Assembly: GCA_964566795.1 (NCBI GenBank)
Contig: CAZMIU010000001.1
Coordinates: 15,388 to 79,387, forward strand
Length of the DNA: 64,000 nt
Reading direction: 5' to 3'
Source: an uncultured Candidatus Saccharibacteria bacterium
GTDB taxonomy: Bacteria; Patescibacteriota; Minisyncoccia; Phycocordibacterales; SBAW01
Below the pieces are notes generated by a model. The model did not search any database, was not told where the DNA came from, and worked only from the letters and a program-made list of their open reading frames with translations. This document shows positions 19,057 to 31,011 of this stretch, piece by piece. A program made the position numbers and the translations under genes. Within the stretch, counting starts at the first letter, position 1. Each line of letters starts with the position of its first letter.

Positions 19057-20029
19057 GATATGTATAGCGCGGGGAGTGGCCGCAGCGCTTGCGCTGGGGC
19101 TTTTGCTTGTCTGGCAGCCGGTGGTGGCACCGTTTGCACAGATTGCGGCCCCAGAGCCTGAGCCAGACCCGTCTGTGTTGTTTATGGGCGACATTATGCT
19201 CGACCGCAATGTGGCCGTGCACGCACGCGAGGCCGGCCCGGCCGCGCTGTTTGCCGGTATAGCAGACTACATACAGGATGCAGACGCGCGTGTGGCAAAC
19301 CTCGAGGGCTCTATCACCACTAACCCCTCCATAGCGCAGGTAGACCACACCATTTTGCACTTTACGTTTGACCCGGTGCTGGCCGAGCAGGCGCTGAGGC
19401 CGCTTAACTTAACTGCCGTAAGCCTGGCCAACAACCACGCCTACGACTTTGGCCGCGCGGGCTATGATGCCACGCGCAAGTACCTGGGGCAGTGGAATGT
19501 GGCGGGCTTTGGACACCCCTACAACGCCAACACCCTTGGCGTGCAGTTTGTGGCACAACACAAAGGCATCTGCGTTATTGGCTACCATAGCCTCTATGAC
19601 GCAACCACCACCGAGGTTGTGGCAGACATCCGCATGTCAGATATGAACTGCTACCGCGTGGTGGTGTTTGCCCACTGGGGTGAGGAGTACACGCCGGTTG
19701 CTAATGCTCAGCAGGTGAGCGCGGCGCACGAGTTTATAGACGCAGGGGCCGACCTTGTGATAGGCGCCCACCCTCACGTGGTGCAAAACGTGGAGGAGTA
19801 CAGGGGCCGGGCCATTTTCTACTCCCTGGGCAACTTTATGTTTGACCAGAACTTTTCCTGGGCTACCACCCACGGGCTTATGGTTAAGGTGACCTTTGGG
19901 GAGGCACAGACCCGCTTTAAGCTGACCCCGGTTACGGTCAAAGACGAGGAGGTGAACCTGGCAAACGAGGCCGACTCTAGAAGGGTTTTAGAGGCTGCGG
20001 GCCGCCTTGCAGAGTTCACTCTCCCGTGA
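19049..20029 (+). CDS. CapA/PGA_cap family metallophosphatase-like protein
   Basis: [37 protein letters not shown] and IFYSLGNF match CapA-type poly-gamma-glutamate capsule proteins. The start MSKI overlaps the prfA stop (ATGAGTAA). Confidence 0.7.
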   Translation: MSKICIARGVAAALALGLLLVWQPVVAPFAQIAAPEPEPDPSVLFMGDIMLDRNVAVHAREAGPAALFAGIADYIQDADARVANLEGSITTNPSIAQVDHTILHFTFDPVLAEQALRPLNLTAVSLANNHAYDFGRAGYDATRKYLGQWNVAGFGHPYNANTLGVQFVAQHKGICVIGYHSLYDATTTEVVADIRMSDMNCYRVVVFAHWGEEYTPVANAQQVSAAHEFIDAGADLVIGAHPHVVQNVEEYRGRAIFYSLGNFMFDQNFSWATTHGLMVKVTFGEAQTRFKLTPVTVKDEEVNLANEADSRRVLEAAGRLAEFTLP

Positions 20030-20080
20030 TACCTTGTGGGTACGGCTCAGGGCCGTTTTTCGTATCCCACCCCTCACTAC

Positions 20081-20800
20081 ATGGCAGATAAAAACCCCAT
20101 TATAGACAAGCTTTTTTCAGTCGGAGCCCACTTCGGCTATGCGCCGTCGCGCCGCCACCCGTCTGCCTCCAAGTTTATCTTTGGAGCCAAGGGCGGGGTA
20201 GAGCTGTTTGACCTCGAGCAGACCGCCGCGTGCCTTTCTGACGCTCTTGAGGCGGTTAAGACCCTGGCGCAGGAGCGCAAAGTGGTCCTTTTTGTAGGCG
20301 GCAAGGCAGAGGCTGCGTCGGCGGTTAAGCGCGCCGCAGAGCGCCTGGCACAGCCGTATTGCGCCGGCCGCTGGATTGGCGGTTCTATCACCAACTGGCA
20401 AGAGATTAAGCGCCGTCTCAACCGCCTCGAGGAGCTTTCCTCCATGCGCGAGAAGGGCGAGCTCGCCAAGTTTACCAAAAAGGAGCGCCTCCTTATCGAC
20501 CGCGAGATTGCAGACCTCGAGCTTATGTTTGGCGGCCTGCGCGGCATGACAAAGACGCCCGACGCGCTTGTGGTTATAGACCCCAAGCAGGAGGCGGGTG
20601 CCGTTGCCGAGGCTATCCAGTTTAACCTCCCGGTTATCGCACTTATGAACTCCGACTGCGACCGCTCTAAGGTTACCTACCCCATACCAGGCAATGATGC
20701 GTCGCGCAGCGTTATCGAGTACGTGCTCCAGGAGATTGCCGACACCTACGAGAAGAACCTTGCTCCCGCAACTCCTGCAGCAGCTCCCGCAACAAATTAA
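20081..20800 (+). CDS. rpsB: ribosomal protein S2
   Basis: KLFSVGAHFGY...RWIGGSITNW matches S2. The start is M16 of the track ORF. Confidence 0.9.
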   Translation: MADKNPIIDKLFSVGAHFGYAPSRRHPSASKFIFGAKGGVELFDLEQTAACLSDALEAVKTLAQERKVVLFVGGKAEAASAVKRAAERLAQPYCAGRWIGGSITNWQEIKRRLNRLEELSSMREKGELAKFTKKERLLIDREIADLELMFGGLRGMTKTPDALVVIDPKQEAGAVAEAIQFNLPVIALMNSDCDRSKVTYPIPGNDASRSVIEYVLQEIADTYEKNLAPATPAAAPATN

Positions 20801-20860
20801 TAATCTATGCGCGACCCCGTAAAGCCGCTTAGCGGCCACGGGGCTAGCAAGACAGGCACT

Positions 20861-21313
20861 ATGATAACTACTGAGCAAATCAAAGAGCTTCGTGATAAGA
20901 CGGGTATTTCTATTGGCGAGTGCAAGAAGGCACTCGAGGCAAGCGAGGGCGACATGGGTAAGGCCATGGCCATTTTGGCCGAGCGTGCAGAGGCTCAGGT
21001 AGGCAAGAAGGCCGACCGCGAGCTTGGTGCCGGTTGCGTTTCCGCCTACGTGCACTCCAATAAGCAGGTGGGTGCCATGGTCTACCTTGCCTGCGAGACC
21101 GACTTTGTATCGAAAAACGAGGAGTTTGTGGCGCTTGGCTACGACCTTGCGATGCACATCTCTGCCATGCGCCCGGTGAGCAAAGAGGAACTCCTCTCAC
21201 AGCCATATATTAAGGATGGCGAGAAGACTATTGCAGACCTAATCTCTGGCGCTACACAGAAGTTTGGCGAGCGCACAGAGATAGCCGACTTCAGTTGTTT
21301 CTCGGTAGCCTAG
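20861..21313 (+). CDS. tsf: elongation factor Ts (short form)
   Basis: MITTEQIKELRDKTGISIGECKKALE is the EF-Ts N-terminal UBA-like motif. It lies immediately downstream of rpsB and is only ~150 aa long. Confidence 0.8.
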   Translation: MITTEQIKELRDKTGISIGECKKALEASEGDMGKAMAILAERAEAQVGKKADRELGAGCVSAYVHSNKQVGAMVYLACETDFVSKNEEFVALGYDLAMHISAMRPVSKEELLSQPYIKDGEKTIADLISGATQKFGERTEIADFSCFSVA

Positions 21314-21329
21314 GCGCTACACTTAACCC

Positions 21330-21740
21330 GTGATACTTGTCTTTACAGTTGCGCTTGTAGTCTCGATCGTGGGCATGCTCACGCTCCTTATGATGAAGCG
21401 CTATGAGATGAACACGGGCCGGATATTTTTGGCCTCGTCGCGTCCGGCCATAGGGGGCTTCTTTCATCACAAGCTGGTATGGATAGAGTACGTGCTGCCC
21501 GGGCTTGTGCGGGTGGGGGCCAAGCGCACCTACATCTTTGTGAGGCGCGTGGTGCGCGTGTGGACCATTAGGCTTGCGATCAAGCTCGAGACAGCGCTTG
21601 AGCAGGCACTCAGCCGCGTGCGCCACACCACCTTGCCGGCGCGCCGCGGCCAGAGCTCGGCGTTTTTGCGCGAGGTGGCCGAGCACAAAAAACGCCTGCA
21701 GAAGGAATTGCCCGAGGAGCGTATTGTGATAGAGGATTAA
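21330..21740 (+). CDS. hypothetical membrane protein
   Basis: 136-aa ORF with an N-terminal TM segment. There is no recognisable family, so it is called only from ORF length and position. Confidence 0.35.
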   Translation: MILVFTVALVVSIVGMLTLLMMKRYEMNTGRIFLASSRPAIGGFFHHKLVWIEYVLPGLVRVGAKRTYIFVRRVVRVWTIRLAIKLETALEQALSRVRHTTLPARRGQSSAFLREVAEHKKRLQKELPEERIVIED

Positions 21741-21773
21741 GCAGGTTCGAGAGTAACTAGTAAGCCACCTTAG

Positions 21774-21849
21774 CTCAGTCGGTAGAGCAACTCTTTTGTA
21801 AAGAGAAGGTCCCCAGTTCGAATCTGGGAGGTGGCTCCAAAGAAAAAAT
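21774..21849 (+). tRNA. tRNA-Thr (anticodon UGU)
   Basis: The cloverleaf reads 7-bp acceptor GCCACCT/AGGTGGC, D-stem GCTC/GAGC, anticodon stem with 7-nt loop TTTGTAA (anticodon TGT), and T-stem CCCAG/CTGGG with loop TTCGAAT. The 3' CCA is encoded. It is followed by a rho-independent terminator. Confidence 0.85.
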
Positions 21850-21858
21850 CCACCAATC

Positions 21859-21882
21859 GGTGGATTTTTTCGTGTCATCGTT
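21859..21882 (+). terminator. rho-independent terminator after tRNA-Thr
   Basis: ATCCACC-aatc-GGTGGAT followed by TTTTTT. Confidence 0.8.
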
Positions 21883-21887
21883 TGAAA

Positions 21888-22577
21888 TTAGCGGTTGGTT
21901 GTGGAGGCGGTCTGGGCGGTGGAGGTGGCCAGGGTTTTAAGCTCGGGGATCAGCTTCTCCATCTCCTTGAGGGTCTTAAAGCCGTATACGGGAGGCTTAG
22001 ATCCTATGACCATCGATGGCAGTTGGTAGCCGTTTATCTGGTTTAGCGTGATAAGCGTCTGGAGCGCGCCCAGCTCCAGGTTGTAGTCAAACGAGTACAC
22101 GCGAAGTGACGGGTAGGTCGAGCGCAGGTAGGTTAGGACCTCGCCCTGGGTACGGCAGTCCTCGCAGGTGCCATCGTTGGAGTAAAAGTAGAGCACAAAC
22201 ACGGGCTTAACCTTGGGGCACTTCTGGCTGATCTGCTTCATAAGCAGGTAGTCCTTGATCTCGAGGAGCGAGTACTGCTTTTTTATGGAGATAACCTCCT
22301 CGTTGTCTGCTCCCAGGTTTTCCTCGGCCACAGACAGCCTGGATGCGAGGTTGTTGAGCTCGGCCGAGAGCACCGGGTTCTCGCTTATGGCCTGGCAGTC
22401 GAGGTTGCCCAAGAGCTCAAACTGGGTCTCTGTCGAGAGGATGTCTATAGAGATAGCCTCCTGCGTGGTGCGGATATCGGCCAGGCGCCTTTGGTCCAGA
22501 CGCGTGGTCAGGTAAAAGGCCGTACCAAATATGGCAGTCGTAATGATGAACGCGAGTAGGTATTTTTGCCAGGGCAT
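21888..22577 (-). CDS. membrane-anchored thioredoxin-like protein with CxxC (CEDC) motif
   Basis: N-terminal TM helix. VLYFYSNDGTCEDCRTQGEVL resembles a thioredoxin-fold CxxC active site. Confidence 0.5.
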   Translation of the reverse strand: MPWQKYLLAFIITTAIFGTAFYLTTRLDQRRLADIRTTQEAISIDILSTETQFELLGNLDCQAISENPVLSAELNNLASRLSVAEENLGADNEEVISIKKQYSLLEIKDYLLMKQISQKCPKVKPVFVLYFYSNDGTCEDCRTQGEVLTYLRSTYPSLRVYSFDYNLELGALQTLITLNQINGYQLPSMVIGSKPPVYGFKTLKEMEKLIPELKTLATSTAQTASTTNR

Positions 22578-22593
22578 AGTAGGTGGGCGGGGC

Positions 22594-23838
22594 TTATGTC
22601 AGCCAGCCGCGCTCACGGGACAATACAGTATCAAAGGCGGCCCTGGCAAGCCACATGGGCGCGAGGAACCCGAAGAGGAAAAAGTACGACACCAGGTGCT
22701 TTATCTCCAGGCGGCTGCCGGCAATGCGCTGGCCCAACAGCACGGCGACCAGGGTCATAAGGAGCGCCGCTATCATTAAAAACAGCATCATGCCGGTGTT
22801 GAGATAAAACCAGTCAAAGTTAAACGACGGCAGCCTGGGCGGGATGCCTGTCATGTAAATGTCGATGCCCTTCTCTACAAGGTTCTTAAAAAGAGTAAGG
22901 ACAAGGTAGGCTGCGCTGTAGAGGCCCAAGGCAAACGCGGTGAGGCCAAACGGGAGCACCAGCATGCCAAAGTTGCCGTACTTCTTATTAAAGTACATGT
23001 GCGAGTAGTCGCGCGAGTTCTCCAGATAGCCGCGCGACCAGCGGGTGCGCTGGCGGATAAGCGCCGGTACTGTGGTGGGCACGTTGGTGTGCACCACCGC
23101 GGTGTGCACGTTAACAAGCTTGAGCCCGTGCATATGCATCCTAAAGGCCATCTCCATGTCCTCGGTGTGGTGCGCTTTGCGGAACGGTCCTACCTTGTCA
23201 AAAAGCGTGCGGCGGTACACCGAGAATGGGCCCGGCAGGACCGATATGGCGCCCAGGTTGTCAAACATCTTTTTATAAAAAATACCAAAGGTATACTCGA
23301 CCGCCTGCATGAGCTCCAGCACGTTGCGGGGCTGGTTTACCTTCATCGAGGGAGCGGCTGCCATGACCTCCTGGTCGGCCTCAAACGCCTTGACCATCTC
23401 TATAAGGGCGTCCGGCTCGACAAACGAGTCTGCGTCAAGGCAGCCTACAAGCTCGCTGTCGGTGTGTGCCAGGCCAAAGTTGAGCGCCGAGTACTTGCTG
23501 CCCTCGTTTGCCTTCTGATAGAGCCTGACCTGGGGATTGTGCGCAAACTCCTGCGCCGCCTCCCAGGTATTGTCTGTCGAGCCGTCGTCAATAATGACAA
23601 TAGAGAGCTTGTCCTTGGGGTAGCTAAGCGCAAGCAGCGAGTGGATGGTGGGAGAGAGCGTTGCGCCCTTGTTCCAGCAGGGGACAAGGATAGCGACCGT
23701 GGGGTAGCGCTTGGGGAGGACAGAAGACTTTTCTGAGGGGCGCTTTTCAATGAAGGAAATAAGCAAAAACACCTCAAAAAAGAGGGCAAAGAAAAGGGCC
23801 GCATATACGCCAAGCGCTGCAACGTCCATGAGCCCCAC
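22594..23838 (-). CDS. family 2 glycosyltransferase (membrane, processive-synthase-like)
   Basis: VAILVPCWNKG...IIDDGSTDNT is the GT2 DxD region. QRTRWSRG is a QxxRW-like motif. Several C-terminal TM helices are present. Confidence 0.8.
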   Translation of the reverse strand: MGLMDVAALGVYAALFFALFFEVFLLISFIEKRPSEKSSVLPKRYPTVAILVPCWNKGATLSPTIHSLLALSYPKDKLSIVIIDDGSTDNTWEAAQEFAHNPQVRLYQKANEGSKYSALNFGLAHTDSELVGCLDADSFVEPDALIEMVKAFEADQEVMAAAPSMKVNQPRNVLELMQAVEYTFGIFYKKMFDNLGAISVLPGPFSVYRRTLFDKVGPFRKAHHTEDMEMAFRMHMHGLKLVNVHTAVVHTNVPTTVPALIRQRTRWSRGYLENSRDYSHMYFNKKYGNFGMLVLPFGLTAFALGLYSAAYLVLTLFKNLVEKGIDIYMTGIPPRLPSFNFDWFYLNTGMMLFLMIAALLMTLVAVLLGQRIAGSRLEIKHLVSYFFLFGFLAPMWLARAAFDTVLSRERGWLT

Positions 23839-23883
23839 TATAGCATTTTTGGCCTATTTGGGCCATACTTTGAGGAATAGTCT

Positions 23884-24621
23884 ATGCCAGAACAAAAGGG
23901 CCACATCCATCCCATCTCAAGCCTTATCCGCGAGGCTAACCGCATCTTTCTTCAGATGGGCTTCACGTTTGGCGAGGGGCCGCAGCTTGAGGACGAGTGG
24001 CACAACTTTGATGCGCTCAATGTGCCCCATGACCACCCGGCGCGCGACATGCAGGACACGTTCTTTATTAAGGACGAGCCCGGCATGGTCTTGCGCACGC
24101 ACACCTCCAACGTGCAGATACGCTACATGGAGGAACAAATTAAAAAAGGCATTGAGCCCCCGTACCGCGTCATTGTCCCGGGCAAGGTGTTTCGCAACGA
24201 GGCAACCGACATGACGCACGAGGCCGAGTTTTATCAGATGGAGGGCCTGGTTGTGGGCAAGGGTGTTACGCTCGCGCATCTTAAGGGCACTCTGGAGCAG
24301 TTTTTTAAGGAGCTGTTTAAGGGCGCCCACGTGGAGGTGCGCTTTAGGCCGAGCTTCTTTCCGTTTGTGGAGCCGGGCGTGGAGGTGGATATGCGCCTGG
24401 TCGGAGACCATGTTCCCGAGAAGCTCAGGGGCCGCTGGATAGAGATGATGGGTGCGGGCATGGTCCACCCCAATGTCCTTACAAACGCCGGTGTAGACCC
24501 CGCAACGTATCAGGGTTTTGCATTTGGGATGGGGCTCGACCGCCTTGCACTTCTGCGCTGGTCAATTGATGACGTACGCCTTATGCACTCGGGCGACCTG
24601 CGCTTCATCAATCAATTTTAA
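23884..24621 (+). CDS. pheS: phenylalanyl-tRNA synthetase alpha subunit (short, catalytic core only)
   Basis: HPISSLIREANRIFLQMGF...FRNEATDMTHEAEFYQMEG contains the class II motifs. At 245 aa it lacks the usual N-terminal helical domain. Confidence 0.9.
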   Translation: MPEQKGHIHPISSLIREANRIFLQMGFTFGEGPQLEDEWHNFDALNVPHDHPARDMQDTFFIKDEPGMVLRTHTSNVQIRYMEEQIKKGIEPPYRVIVPGKVFRNEATDMTHEAEFYQMEGLVVGKGVTLAHLKGTLEQFFKELFKGAHVEVRFRPSFFPFVEPGVEVDMRLVGDHVPEKLRGRWIEMMGAGMVHPNVLTNAGVDPATYQGFAFGMGLDRLALLRWSIDDVRLMHSGDLRFINQF

Positions 24622-24633
24622 TCACTTTCATGT

Positions 24634-26415
24634 ATGAAAGTATCTCGTAACTGGCTAAATAACTTTTTTGAGACGCCGCTCCCGGACGCGGCGACACTTT
24701 CTGACGCCCTAACCTTCCATGCGTTTGAGATAGACGGCGTTGAGGAGGTTAATGGCGACAGCATTTTGGACGTTAAGGTAACTCCCAACCGCGGGCACGA
24801 CTGCCTCGCTCATCGCGGCATAGCCCGTGAGCTCTCCGCAATACTAAGGCTGCCGATTAAAAACGACCCGTTTGCGCTGGTGTTTGATATATCAAACACG
24901 TCAAAGGAGGTTGCGGTCACCATCGAGGACCCTAAGCTCTGCAGCCGCTACATTGCGGGACACATTAAGAATGTAAAAGTGGGGCCCTCGCCCGAGTGGC
25001 TTAAAACCGCACTCGAGGCTATAGGCCAGAGGAGCATTAACAATGTTGTCGACGCGACAAACCTTGTGATGTTTAACGTCGGCCAACCGCTGCACGCCTT
25101 TGATGCCAAGCGCCTGGGCTCTCTGAACATTGGGGTGCGCGCCGCTAAGCTTGGCGAGAAGCTGGAGGCCCTGGATAAGAAGGTCTACGAGCTCAACCCC
25201 AAGCTTTTAGTTATTACAGCAGAGGATAGGCCTGCGGGCATCGCGGGTATCAAGGGCGGCGAAGCCGACCGTATCGATGAGACCACGACTGACATTGTGC
25301 TTGAGGCGGCGACCTTTGACGGCGTGACCATACGCCGCGGCAGCCAGCTGCTTAAGCTGCGCACCGATGCATCGGCGCGCTTTGAGCAGGTGCTCTCGCC
25401 GTACCTGGCAGAGGTGGGCATGCGCCAGGTGGCCAAGCTTATTTTGGAGATTGCCGGCGGGCAGGTGGAGGGCTTTGTCGATGTGTACCCCAAGCCCCAG
25501 GTGCAGACCTATGTTGCGGTAACGGTAGAGCATATAAACCGGCTCTTGGGCACGACCCTGACCGCGGCCGACGTGGCAGACGTGTTTATGTGCCTGGGCT
25601 TTGCTTATAAAGAAGAGAGTGGCGTGTTTGAGGTACAGCCTCCCTTGGAGCGCCTGGACATATCTATTGCCGAGGACCTTATAGAGGAGGTGGGCCGCAT
25701 GGTGGGGTACGACAGCGTGCCCGCAACACCGCTCCCCGCACCTGAGGCGCCGGTTGAGATAAACAAGAACTTTTATGCGGCAGAGAAGGCCCGGCAGGAG
25801 TGGACTGCCAAGGGATACTCGGAGGTGCTCACGAGCGTGTTTGCCGAGAAAGGAGAGCGCATGGTCTTAAACAAGGTAGACGGTGTTAGGCCGTATCTCA
25901 GGAACTCGCTCATACCGGGCCTTACCGAGGCGCTGGCTAAAAACAAACAGAGCAAAGACCTGCTGGGGCTCAAAGAGATAAAGCTATTTGAGATTGGCAT
26001 GGTCTGGAAGGACAGAAAAGAACAATTGATGATCGGTACTATCTCAGAAAAGGAGTCGGCCGCCGAGGCACTGCTTGTGGGGCCTGAGAACCCCACAGGC
26101 TATGACGACCTGCCGCTGTCTGCGGCGGAGCGCTACCAGCCGTTCTCGCGCCAGCCCTATATTGTGCGGGATGTGGCGCTGTGGGTACCAACCAGTACAA
26201 CAGAACAACAGGTACAAGAAACAATAAAGGCAGCGGCAGGAGAGCTCTGCCAGAGTGTGAGACTGTTCGACACATTTACAAAAGACAGCAGGACCTCGCT
26301 CGCGTTCCGCCTGATATTCCAGTCGTTTGATAGGACGCTCACTGAGGCTGAGGCCAACGACGCAATGGTCCGCGTCTGTAGCGCGCTAGGGGCACAGGGG
26401 TTTGAGATTAGATAG
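24634..26415 (+). CDS. pheT: phenylalanyl-tRNA synthetase beta subunit (short form)
   Basis: It lies immediately downstream of pheS and has B3/4 and B5-like regions. At 593 aa it is shorter than typical (~800 aa). Confidence 0.85.
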   Translation: MKVSRNWLNNFFETPLPDAATLSDALTFHAFEIDGVEEVNGDSILDVKVTPNRGHDCLAHRGIARELSAILRLPIKNDPFALVFDISNTSKEVAVTIEDPKLCSRYIAGHIKNVKVGPSPEWLKTALEAIGQRSINNVVDATNLVMFNVGQPLHAFDAKRLGSLNIGVRAAKLGEKLEALDKKVYELNPKLLVITAEDRPAGIAGIKGGEADRIDETTTDIVLEAATFDGVTIRRGSQLLKLRTDASARFEQVLSPYLAEVGMRQVAKLILEIAGGQVEGFVDVYPKPQVQTYVAVTVEHINRLLGTTLTAADVADVFMCLGFAYKEESGVFEVQPPLERLDISIAEDLIEEVGRMVGYDSVPATPLPAPEAPVEINKNFYAAEKARQEWTAKGYSEVLTSVFAEKGERMVLNKVDGVRPYLRNSLIPGLTEALAKNKQSKDLLGLKEIKLFEIGMVWKDRKEQLMIGTISEKESAAEALLVGPENPTGYDDLPLSAAERYQPFSRQPYIVRDVALWVPTSTTEQQVQETIKAAAGELCQSVRLFDTFTKDSRTSLAFRLIFQSFDRTLTEAEANDAMVRVCSALGAQGFEIR

Positions 26416-26420
26416 AAAAA

Positions 26421-26445
26421 CTCCGGGCCAAGGGCCCGGAGTTTT
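26421..26445. terminator. bidirectional terminator between pheT and 26450..26920
   Basis: CTCCGGGCC-aag-GGCCCGGAG with a flanking A-run and T-run. Confidence 0.75.
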
Positions 26446-26449
26446 CAGC

Positions 26450-26920
26450 TTACAAGCGCGTTTTTGCTTTGCCGCAGACGCGGTACATGTGCGTCAGGCT
26501 CCTGCCCTCAAGCCAGATCATCTTGCTTGGGGGAGGGAGGCCTCCGCGTTTCTTTATCCAATCCTGCACATACGCCGGATACAGAGCAAGCAGTATGCTC
26601 GAGGCCTTGAGGTTGGCCACGCGTGTGTGAGCGCCGCTCTTTGCCTGGCCATAATCAAACGCCTGATGGAACCCCAGCCGGGCGCGGTGTGTGACGCAGA
26701 TGTTGTCGTGCGATACGGCAGCCAGGACAATCGTGCAGGCAGAGGCGCATGTCCCGTCTATCACCACCTTCTCGCCTAAGTAGCTTAGGTGGGTATATTT
26801 GGCAATGTAGTCGCCGATGCGCCCGCCGTGGTCGTTTGATATCACCATGGCGGCGTACACCTCCTGTGCCTGAGCCATGGATATGAGCAAACCCAGTCCG
26901 AGCGCGAGTCTGACAAGCAT
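26450..26920 (-). CDS. secreted ClpP/S49-fold serine-protease-like protein (putative)
   Basis: Signal peptide. ISNDHGGRIGDYIAKY...GTCASACTIVLAAV...LGFHQA parallels the ClpP-fold pattern INSPGG..AG..IYDT...C.GQAAS.G..LL.AG...HQP. Confidence 0.45.
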   Translation of the reverse strand: MLVRLALGLGLLISMAQAQEVYAAMVISNDHGGRIGDYIAKYTHLSYLGEKVVIDGTCASACTIVLAAVSHDNICVTHRARLGFHQAFDYGQAKSGAHTRVANLKASSILLALYPAYVQDWIKKRGGLPPPSKMIWLEGRSLTHMYRVCGKAKTRL

Positions 26921-27035
26921 AGTCTCCTCCCTTTTGTTTTTTGAACGGTAGCTTTCTCAACGCTACCACTGTAGCCTTATTTGGCAAGGGTTTTTGCCCA
27001 CGGGAGGGCGTGCAGGGAAGGCCTATATTTGGTAG

Positions 27036-29090
<2,055 letters not shown>

Positions 29091-29198
29091 GTTTCATAAA
29101 AATTCCTCAGAAAAAGTCCTCGGATCTCCTGTACCGTCCTAACAGGGACTGTCAGGCCAGACTATTTTCTGAGAAATTTTTACTCCACCCAACAAAAA

Positions 29199-29225
29199 AT
29201 CCCCGGCACAGGCCGGGGATTTTTT
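29199..29225. terminator. bidirectional terminator between gyrB and 29228..30244
   Basis: AAAAAATCCCCGGC-aca-GGCCGGGGATTTTTT. Confidence 0.8.
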
Positions 29226-29227
29226 GA

Positions 29228-30244
29228 TTAATAGACCTGGTAGCTTGAGACCGCGGTGTTGTTGTACTCGCTTGCCTCGCTGACCTGGTTCATGGGGTCG
29301 ACCTCTATAGTGACCTGCGCCTGGCCGCCCCAGTTGTTGCTCTCAAACGAGTAGTAGTCAAAGCCGTATCCGTTGGCCGGCACCACATCATAACCCAGGG
29401 TGTAGACAATCTTGTCGCCGGGGTAGAGTGCCTGCTGGCCGCCCGAGGGGTAGACATAGATTGGGTTATACGGGAGCACTGCGTTGAAGGTCCAACCGGC
29501 AGGAACCATGTTGGTGCCCATGTTGGTCACCACAAACTGCATGGAGACGCGTGAGCCAACGGAGGCCGCCTGCGGAGCCTGTGTGATCTGGACTGCCAAG
29601 TCGCCCACGCCATAGAGGTTTGTGGTGCGGCCGGAGGGCACGTAGGTTGTCGAGGGCTTGGTCGAGGTTGTCGGCTTGGTAGTAGTAGTGGGCTTGGGGG
29701 TTGTGGTTACGGTTGCGGTGGTAGAGGCCGAGACAGTCGTACCTGCGCTTGCGCGCATGGTTATAACGCCGTCCTCAAGCCGCATAGCGGCAACGGTGAT
29801 AGTTGTGGTAGCGCGGGTGGTGCCCGGGGCGAGCACGGGGATGATGCTCATGCTCGAGGAGGCGGTGATGTAGTTAAAGGGAGTGTCGCACGGCACGAGG
29901 TTGTAGGCGCCGGTTGGGACCGGTGCGGCAACCTGCAACCCTGCGGCGCAGGAGTAGGAGAGCGCGTAGCCAAACTCGCCCACAGCGCCAGTGTGCTTCC
30001 ACGAGACCACGGCGGCCTTGTCGGAGGTGGTCTGCGAGGGGACTGAGATGGTTAGGGTCTCCCTTGCCTTGCCGAGGTTTGCAAAAAATGCCGGGAGTCT
30101 GAAAGCGAGCTGGATAATGCCCCATGCGCCAAGGAGGAGTATCGCGATAAGGCCCAAGACGGCGATTACGCGCAGCGCGTTCTCGCGGAAGGTGGTGTGG
30201 GTTGCCATGACCGGCACAGTAGCACGGGCCAAAGCCCTAGTCAA
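29228..30244 (-). CDS. membrane-anchored Thr-rich hypothetical secreted protein
   Basis: 338-aa ORF with an N-terminal TM helix (VIAVLGLIAILLLGAWGII) and a T/P-rich linker (TTTPKPTTTTKPTTSTKPSTT). It is divergent from the sortase gene. Confidence 0.5.
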   Translation of the reverse strand: MTRALARATVPVMATHTTFRENALRVIAVLGLIAILLLGAWGIIQLAFRLPAFFANLGKARETLTISVPSQTTSDKAAVVSWKHTGAVGEFGYALSYSCAAGLQVAAPVPTGAYNLVPCDTPFNYITASSSMSIIPVLAPGTTRATTTITVAAMRLEDGVITMRASAGTTVSASTTATVTTTPKPTTTTKPTTSTKPSTTYVPSGRTTNLYGVGDLAVQITQAPQAASVGSRVSMQFVVTNMGTNMVPAGWTFNAVLPYNPIYVYPSGGQQALYPGDKIVYTLGYDVVPANGYGFDYYSFESNNWGGQAQVTIEVDPMNQVSEASEYNNTAVSSYQVY

Positions 30245-30280
30245 TGTTTATAAAAAATGGTATAACTGGCGCATATATCC

Positions 30281-30877
30281 ATGCGCGCGCTTAGCTTTGC
30301 ATTGACGTTCATATTCCTGTTTGCGCTCACGTACGCCTTTTTGGGGCTGGTAGACGCGCTTCCAAACCCGCCGGGCGGGGGTTCTGAGCACGCCGGCGTT
30401 AAGGAAGATGTGCGGGACGACGTGGCCGAGTACCCCGTGCGTGTTGTAATCCCCGATGTTGGCATAGACAGTCGTATTATCACGCCCGCCTCCGTGGATA
30501 TTGACGTGCTTAACGCGGCGGTAGACCAGGCTGCGGTGCACTACCCAGGCTCGGGGCTACTGGGCCCCGACGGCACGGTGCTTTTGTTTGGGCACTCGTC
30601 GCATTTGCCAATAGTCCACAACCAGGCGTTTAAGACATTTAACGGTGTCGAGAAGCTCAAAGCAGGCCAGGTGATAAGCGTATACTCCGGCACCACCGAG
30701 TACCGCTACAAGGTGGCGGGGGTGCGCTTTGCCAAGGCGGTTGCACACAGCGATAGCGATGTGATAGAACTGCCAGCAGTAGGCAAGCACCTTACCTTGG
30801 TGACCTGTGACAACTTTGGGGTCAAGTCTGACCGCTGGGTCGTGACGGCCGACTTTGAGGGGGCATATACCCTGTAG
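30281..30877 (+). CDS. sortase-family transpeptidase
   Basis: N-terminal TM helix. The conserved His is in LLFGHSS and the catalytic Cys is in LTLVTCDNFG (TLxTC). R is present downstream (RWVVTADF). Confidence 0.75.
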   Translation: MRALSFALTFIFLFALTYAFLGLVDALPNPPGGGSEHAGVKEDVRDDVAEYPVRVVIPDVGIDSRIITPASVDIDVLNAAVDQAAVHYPGSGLLGPDGTVLLFGHSSHLPIVHNQAFKTFNGVEKLKAGQVISVYSGTTEYRYKVAGVRFAKAVAHSDSDVIELPAVGKHLTLVTCDNFGVKSDRWVVTADFEGAYTL

Positions 30878-30908
30878 TAGAGCCATATAATGGGGCTTTA
30901 GAGAGGGC

Positions 30909-30937
30909 TTGACAACAAGCCCTATAGGTGATATACT
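30909..30937 (+). promoter_or_regulatory. near-consensus sigma70 promoter TTGACA-17-TATACT with embedded CCTATAGGTGATA motif
   Basis: TTGACA at 30909-30914, a 17-nt spacer and TATACT at 30932-30937. The spacer contains the reverse complement of the TATCAC..CTATAGG motif seen at 6517 and 7102. Confidence 0.5.
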
Positions 30938-31011
30938 TTGGCCAAGTCCTGTTCTTTAACTAACTCATTGTCCCACCCGGGACTCCAACCACACAACCCA
31001 AGGAGGGCCTC

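Noticed and set aside
20117-21157. 346-aa minus-strand ORF
   Set aside because: It is antisense to rpsB and tsf.
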